Source: Idiomarina loihiensis L2TR (GTDB taxonomy: Bacteria > Pseudomonadota > Gammaproteobacteria > Enterobacterales > Alteromonadaceae). Taken from it: a stretch of DNA of 32,000 bases. Position 1 is the stretch's first letter, and every line of letters begins with the position of its first letter. This document shows positions 27,761-32,000 of this stretch, in pieces. The stretch covers positions 930,001-962,000 of the forward strand of contig NC_006512.1 of the NCBI RefSeq assembly GCF_000008465.1, given 5' to 3'. The notes beneath the pieces are model-generated. The model saw nothing but the letters and a program-made list of their open reading frames with translations. It did not search any database and had not been told where the DNA came from. Made by a program: the position numbers and the translations under genes.

Positions 27761-28965
27761 AATCCATCTCCCATAAGTGACTCCCAGACCTCTTGACGAA
27801 TATCGTCCCCTTGCTCATCTGCGAACTTACATAATGTCATACTACTTATTAATGATTGAGTCGTATTGCTTCTTTCAAATAGTGGTGACAGCTGTAAAAC
27901 ATTATCGTCTATCCCCGTAACTTCACTGATACTAAGCACGGCTCTTCGGCCATCAGAAAGACGCGCTATCTGAACCACAATATTAACAGCACTGGCTATT
28001 TGCTGTCGTAACGCAGAAATCGGAAGCTCTATTCCACCCATCAAGACCATAATTTCCAAACGTCTTAAAGCATCGCGAGCGCTGTTAGCATGAACGGTAC
28101 TCAAAGATCCCGCATGACCCGTGTTCATAGCCTGTAACATGTCTAAAGCTTCCGACCCACGGCACTCACCTACAATAAGTCGATCAGGACGCATTCGCAG
28201 TGCATTGATAACGAGTTCACGAATATTTATAGCCCCTGTTCCCTCCTGATTTTTAGGTCTGGCCTCAAGACTTATCAGATTATTGTGATCTAATTGCAGT
28301 TCAGCCGCGTCTTCGATACTTATAATTCTTTCACCTTCAGGAATTTCCTGAGATAGAATATTTAATAAGGTTGTTTTACCCGTTCCTGTTCCACCAGAAA
28401 CAATAATATTTTGGCGACAACGAACAGCAAGCCTTAAGAATTCAGCAGCTTGCTCCGTTAATGAGCCACTATCTACCAAGTCCTCGATCGTTAGCGATTT
28501 CTTGGTGAACTTTCGAATAGTGAGACACGACCCTTTGGTTGCTAAAGGAGCTAGAACAGCGTTTACGCGAGAACCGTCTGGTAGACGAGCATCGACCATG
28601 GGGGATGCATCATCAACGTGACGGCCTAAAGGCAGAACAATCTTATCGATGGTTCGCCGCAGGGAAACCTCGTTACTGAATTGTTCATCCGCTTTCTTCA
28701 ACTTACCTGAGCGCTCAACATAGATCTGATCATAACTATTGACCATGATTTCAGTTACTGAATCATCTTCTAAAAGACCCTCAATAGGCCCCAGGCCAAT
28801 GACTTCAGCTACTGCATCTGCTATATCTTTTCCAGACTCGCCTGTAGTTTCCTTTAAATAGGATTCAGCATAGCGCCTCAACTCACATTCACTCATAGAC
28901 TCAAAACGCGGATCTCTGGTATCTAAATGCTCTTTGAGGCTGTTAATTAAATTAACTGATATCAT
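27742..28965 (-). CDS. tadA: CpaF/TadA-family secretion ATPase
   Basis: 407 aa. Walker A GGTGTGKTT, Asp box ISIEDAAEL, Walker B RPDRLIVGECRG, His box GHAGSLSTVHAN. Confidence 0.92.
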   Translation of the reverse strand: MISVNLINSLKEHLDTRDPRFESMSECELRRYAESYLKETTGESGKDIADAVAEVIGLGPIEGLLEDDSVTEIMVNSYDQIYVERSGKLKKADEQFSNEVSLRRTIDKIVLPLGRHVDDASPMVDARLPDGSRVNAVLAPLATKGSCLTIRKFTKKSLTIEDLVDSGSLTEQAAEFLRLAVRCRQNIIVSGGTGTGKTTLLNILSQEIPEGERIISIEDAAELQLDHNNLISLEARPKNQEGTGAINIRELVINALRMRPDRLIVGECRGSEALDMLQAMNTGHAGSLSTVHANSARDALRRLEIMVLMGGIELPISALRQQIASAVNIVVQIARLSDGRRAVLSISEVTGIDDNVLQLSPLFERSNTTQSLISSMTLCKFADEQGDDIRQEVWESLMGDGLCSSSD

Positions 28966-30176
28966 CGAAATGTCTCCCTTAGCTGTAAAATGGAGTCCTT
29001 CTGGTACCAGTCGTGTTTTTGCGCTAACCGTTTTTGCTTATCATGCAACCGCTCTTTAGCCGTATCCATACGCTCAGCCGTAACCATAATAATTAGTTCC
29101 GTGGTTTGCTCTCTGTTTTGCTGACTTCTGAAAGCATTTTCCAGAATCGGTAATGAACCTAAACCCGGTATCTGGTCATCCTGAGCTGACTCATCTGTAC
29201 TTAAAAGACCAGACAAAACCAGTGTGTCTCCATCATTTGAGAGAAACACCGATTCCGTACGACGACTAAGTATGCCCGGTACACCTGAAACCGAAACAGC
29301 AGGATCAATATTGCTTAATTCGGCATGAAGCTGCGTTTTTATTCTGTTGTCATCTAAAACCACCGGCTGAATAACAAGCCTTATACCGTATTCGCGGAAA
29401 GTAACGTCCTGCATACCCTGCGCGACAACTTGAGGAATAGGCAGTTCTCCTCCCGCAAGAAACGTCGCCTTCTCACCGCTTTGGGTAGATAAAACAGGAT
29501 TTGCCAATAGTTTGGCGAGACCGCGTCGCTGCATAAGCATCAGTTGGGAATTAATTTCGGCGTCCCACTCGAACAAACCTGATAAAGAGCTCGAAAATGT
29601 AGGGCCGCTCGTTGTCCCTTGCCATCTAATTCCAAGGTCTTCGAGATACTGGCGCTTGGTTTCCAGAATATTGACTCGCAAAGTCAACATAGGAGGCTCT
29701 TCCTGAAAAGATTCAGTTAAATTTAAAATCTCTTCGTGATTCTCGGAAATTTTCTCGAGTTCTTCGTAATTTCTTTTGGATACCTTGCCCGATAAAACTG
29801 TAAGCCCTGACTTTTCTGTTTTGTTAAGACTCTGTTCTGCTTCAGATATAGCTTCTAAACGCCCCTCCAGGGAGAGTTTCAGGCTAGCCGTTACCATAAT
29901 CTTTAACTCTTTTAATACCTCTTCGGATTTGAGCCAGATATCAGCTTTGCCAACTCCCACCCCTCTTAGAATTGCCCTGCTATTATCAAGCACATGAACA
30001 TCTACAACACTCTCATCACTGATAAGAATATCGCTTCCAGGTTCTATACTGATAATTCGAGTCTCACCTTCTTCAAGATAGTAGGAGCTATGATTAACCT
30101 CGGCCCGAGCACTAAGGGCGACGAAAAATAACAAAGTCACGACTAAGTAATGTTTGAACTTTACTGAACCTTCCAT
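28962..30176 (-). CDS. rcpA: RcpA/CpaC-family secretin
   Basis: 404 aa. Signal peptide (LLFFVALSARAEV), an N-terminal pilus-formation/BON-like domain (RIISIEPGSDILISDESVVDVHVL) and a C-terminal secretin domain (GLAKLLANPVLSTQSGEKATFLAGGELPIP ... PGLGSLPILENAFR). Confidence 0.9.
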   Translation of the reverse strand: MEGSVKFKHYLVVTLLFFVALSARAEVNHSSYYLEEGETRIISIEPGSDILISDESVVDVHVLDNSRAILRGVGVGKADIWLKSEEVLKELKIMVTASLKLSLEGRLEAISEAEQSLNKTEKSGLTVLSGKVSKRNYEELEKISENHEEILNLTESFQEEPPMLTLRVNILETKRQYLEDLGIRWQGTTSGPTFSSSLSGLFEWDAEINSQLMLMQRRGLAKLLANPVLSTQSGEKATFLAGGELPIPQVVAQGMQDVTFREYGIRLVIQPVVLDDNRIKTQLHAELSNIDPAVSVSGVPGILSRRTESVFLSNDGDTLVLSGLLSTDESAQDDQIPGLGSLPILENAFRSQQNREQTTELIIMVTAERMDTAKERLHDKQKRLAQKHDWYQKDSILQLRETFR

Positions 30177-30868
30177 GGTTGCACCTTGCTTTGTTTAGAA
30201 TCTTGATGCCAAATACTTGCTTGCTCTAAATGACGGCCTCTCGCCCAGACCAACATTGGACTTCCAATAGCTCTTGTAAATGCGGCTACCTTCTCGGGCT
30301 CCACCAACAATGTCAGCGAATATGAACCATATCCCTCCTGCAAGCCGTGGATATCGAAAACCTCAATTTCTTCAAATGAAACGTATTGTCTTGAGTTTTC
30401 AAAAGACTCCCCGACAAATACAATATCGACCAGATCTCCGACTTTCAGCAGCGCATTGTGGTGGCCTAAATTGTCCGTAGTGACCGTAATAGCGTAGTAA
30501 CCGTTAGGCAGAACTTCCGATAAACCATTGTTCTGATTATTCGATAGAACGCGTTCAGAAACCGGTTCACCAGATTTAACAGAACTTCGCAGTTTCCTAC
30601 CGATAATCAAATTAGCGGCGCTCTCCAAATACCAATGCTCATTGATAAGTTCGTGCGGATATTTTCGAACCAAGAGGTCGCTTACTTCTAAAATATCCCC
30701 GACATTAAGATCTTTGGAAAAAACAACAACACTATCAGCATTTCCTGACGCCTCTTGAAGTCGTCGGGAAGTTTCTTGCTGTAGATATTGATTAATTAGA
30801 AAAATCGTCACCATCGAAATTATTGAGCTAAAAATCACGGCAAAAATCCATTTCGCCTTTTTTTTCAT
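30161..30868 (-). CDS. rcpC: CpaB/RcpC-family Flp pilus assembly protein (SAF domain)
   Basis: N-terminal TM anchor (WIFAVIFSSIISMVTIFLI) followed by a SAF-like segment (VVVFSKDLNVGDILEVSDLLVRKYP). ATG 30868 is preceded by GGAGGAGGA and overlaps the pilin stop (ATGA). The ORF-track start is 30904. Confidence 0.8.
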   Translation of the reverse strand: MKKKAKWIFAVIFSSIISMVTIFLINQYLQQETSRRLQEASGNADSVVVFSKDLNVGDILEVSDLLVRKYPHELINEHWYLESAANLIIGRKLRSSVKSGEPVSERVLSNNQNNGLSEVLPNGYYAITVTTDNLGHHNALLKVGDLVDIVFVGESFENSRQYVSFEEIEVFDIHGLQEGYGSYSLTLLVEPEKVAAFTRAIGSPMLVWARGRHLEQASIWHQDSKQSKVQPWKVQ

Positions 30869-31056
30869 GATCCTCCTCCTGGTATTAGTACTAAATAGCG
30901 CCAAATAAAATAATAAAACTCTTTCGCCTCACGACCCACTTCAATTAAGTAGTCAATGAGTGAAAGTTGCTCTTCAACAACAAATAAAATGGTCATTATT
31001 AAGAGAGAGAGCAATAACCACTCTGTCGATGCCTGGCCATTTTGTTGTCTTCTCAT
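30865..31056 (-). CDS. divergent Flp-type (class III signal peptide-like) prepilin, 63 aa
   Basis: MRRQQNG|QASTEWLLLSLLIMTILFVV... A short basic leader, then Gly, then Glu at +5 and an aromatic at +6, then a hydrophobic helix. This is the G/xxxxE[YF] arrangement of Flp/TadE-type prepilins. Size and position (directly upstream of cpaB) fit a major pilin. Confidence 0.6.
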   Translation of the reverse strand: MRRQQNGQASTEWLLLSLLIMTILFVVEEQLSLIDYLIEVGREAKEFYYFIWRYLVLIPGGGS

Positions 31057-31559
31057 AGAACATGAACCAAAATCACATACTCACCTTGCTCGGAGAACAT
31101 TAGGCTTCCCATATCTTCTTTAAAGATCCAAAAGTCATGGGGTTTCTCAATCGATTGAAAAGAATCGATTTTTTGGCTGTAAGTTAATTTTAATACGTTT
31201 TTTATATCTTTGAATTTGAATGTCGATAAATAAACCCAGACCTCTTTTCCATTTTTCCGGTTTTTTGAAATGGCATTAAAAGGCCCGTCAAGCTTAGGCT
31301 TTTCCATATACGGAAGAATTATTTTACTTAAAATCCATGAACCATCATTTCCTTTGAAGAAAGTCCAGTTGTCTTCTCCAATTGGACAGATCCAAAAATC
31401 TCCATGAGGGGCTGGACAGTAGGAATAGAAATCTTCAATAACACTCCAGTCTGGAACATTAGGACTTTGTAAAAAATAAGCAGTAGCCGTCGCATTCTGA
31501 GAAATTGGCATTTCAGACCATTCCCATTTATCAAACCCTGCAGGAATATCAGCAATCAT
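31053..31559 (-). CDS. hypothetical cytoplasmic Trp-rich protein, paralog 1 (168 aa)
   Basis: Long ORF with AAGGTG 5 nt upstream of the ATG. No signal peptide or TM segment. Its stop overlaps the pilin start (CTATGAGA: ATG/TGA). The C-terminal half is clearly homologous to the next ORF upstream. Confidence 0.65.
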   Translation of the reverse strand: MIADIPAGFDKWEWSEMPISQNATATAYFLQSPNVPDWSVIEDFYSYCPAPHGDFWICPIGEDNWTFFKGNDGSWILSKIILPYMEKPKLDGPFNAISKNRKNGKEVWVYLSTFKFKDIKNVLKLTYSQKIDSFQSIEKPHDFWIFKEDMGSLMFSEQGEYVILVHVL

Positions 31560-31666
31560 ATACGCACCTTAATTAAAGCTTTACTAAGAATTTGTTACAG
31601 CTAAACCCACAGATTTTTAGAAAAGTAATTTTCCATTTTTATGTAGATAAATCTTTAGTATTCCAG

Positions 31667-32000
31667 TCATAAATAATGTGCCAAAATCACATATTCACCT
31701 TGTTCAGAAAAAACTACGCGCCCCATATCTTCTTTTAATATCCAAACATCATTTTCTTTCTCAATAGATTGAAAAGAGTCTACTTTTTGGCTGTAATAAG
31801 ACATCATTGCCGTTTGCAATGGTTTAAGCGGATATCTAGCTAAATAAATCCATATCTTTTCTCCATTACTTTCATATCCTGAAATTGGAGTAATGGGTCC
31901 CTTTAAAGATTCTTCATGTCCTGGAGACTTAGTCAGTGGCATTAGTATCCATTGTCCGTTTTCTCCCTCAAACAACGTCCATTCAGTATCTTCTATGGGA
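31667..32000 (-). CDS. hypothetical cytoplasmic protein, paralog 2 (5' end beyond the right edge)
   Basis: The frame stays open upstream of the ORF-track TTG start to the window end (my translation ...PIEDTEWTLFEGENGQWIL), and that extension still aligns with paralog 1 (CPIGEDNWTFFKGNDGSWIL). Shared blocks are YSQK[IV]DSFQSIEK and FSEQGEYVIL. Confidence 0.6.
   Translation of the reverse strand, partial: PIEDTEWTLFEGENGQWILMPLTKSPGHEESLKGPITPISGYESNGEKIWIYLARYPLKPLQTAMMSYYSQKVDSFQSIEKENDVWILKEDMGRVVFSEQGEYVILAHYL

Larger units (their letters stand above)
25269..32000 (-). other. AT-richer accessory segment: Tad/Flp-like pilus module plus paralogous unknown genes (possible genomic island abutting smpB)
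   Basis: Ten co-directional genes, most with overlapping start/stop codons. Hand counts of single 60-nt lines give 23/60 (27001-), 18/60 (26581-) and 19/60 (31201-) G+C inside, against 30/60 (21001-) and 35/60 (5041-) in core genes. One inside line (30301-) gave 28/60, so the shift is not uniform. Confidence 0.5.

Noticed and set aside
26443-31555. Short ORFs inside the Tad-like block: plus-strand 26443-26637, 27012-27224, 27237-27455, 29512-29706, 29776-29997 and 30280-30480, and minus-strand out-of-frame 26605-26796 and 31328-31555
   Set aside because: All overlap the long minus-strand genes that carry clear Tad-family motifs or paralog conservation. None has a recognisable motif or RBS.
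1-32000. CRISPR arrays, IS elements or transposases, integrases, rRNA/tRNA genes, and known defence-system signatures
   Set aside because: None found. There are no spaced direct repeats and no ORF with DDE, tyrosine-recombinase or serine-recombinase motifs. The only repeated sequence noticed is the tandem paralog pair at 31053-32000.

Overview
32-kb chromosomal window from a gammaproteobacterium. The synteny blocks rcsF-like/trmO/proS, prmB-aroC-epmC and ratA-rnfH/smpB are enterobacterial/Alteromonadales-like, but the exact taxon cannot be determined from the sequence alone. Block A (1-13.3 kb, + strand) is a leucine/isovalerate catabolic operon, liuR-liuABCDE. It continues with almost no intergenic space into acetoacetyl-CoA synthetase, a membrane GGDEF-EAL protein and ETF-ubiquinone oxidoreductase. 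A divergent thiolase gene runs off the left edge, and a perfect 16-bp palindrome (candidate LiuR operator) lies in the divergent promoter region. Block B (13.4-25.3 kb) is housekeeping: hns behind a long AT-rich leader, an RcsF-like lipoprotein, a secreted GVGD-repeat protein, trmO, proS, gpt, a 2Fe-2S ferredoxin, an NAD-kinase-like protein, a 42-aa entericidin-type lipoprotein missing from the ORF track, epmC, aroC, prmB, smrB, sixA, rnfH, ratA and smpB. Block C (25.3-32.0 kb, all on the - strand, visibly AT-richer) is the most interesting part. It is a compact, translationally coupled Tad/Flp-like (type IVc) pilus module: divergent 63-aa Flp-like pilin, CpaB/RcpC, secretin, CpaF/TadA ATPase, TadB, TadC, DUF192 protein, TPR lipoprotein. 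No TadZ/CpaE, prepilin peptidase or minor pilins are present in the window. Two tandem paralogous Trp-rich cytoplasmic proteins of unknown family precede it, and the downstream one is start/stop-coupled to the pilin gene. The module abuts smpB so tightly that its last gene overlaps the smpB 3' end, and no tmRNA gene follows smpB. I recognised no rRNA, tRNA, CRISPR array, transposase or integrase.
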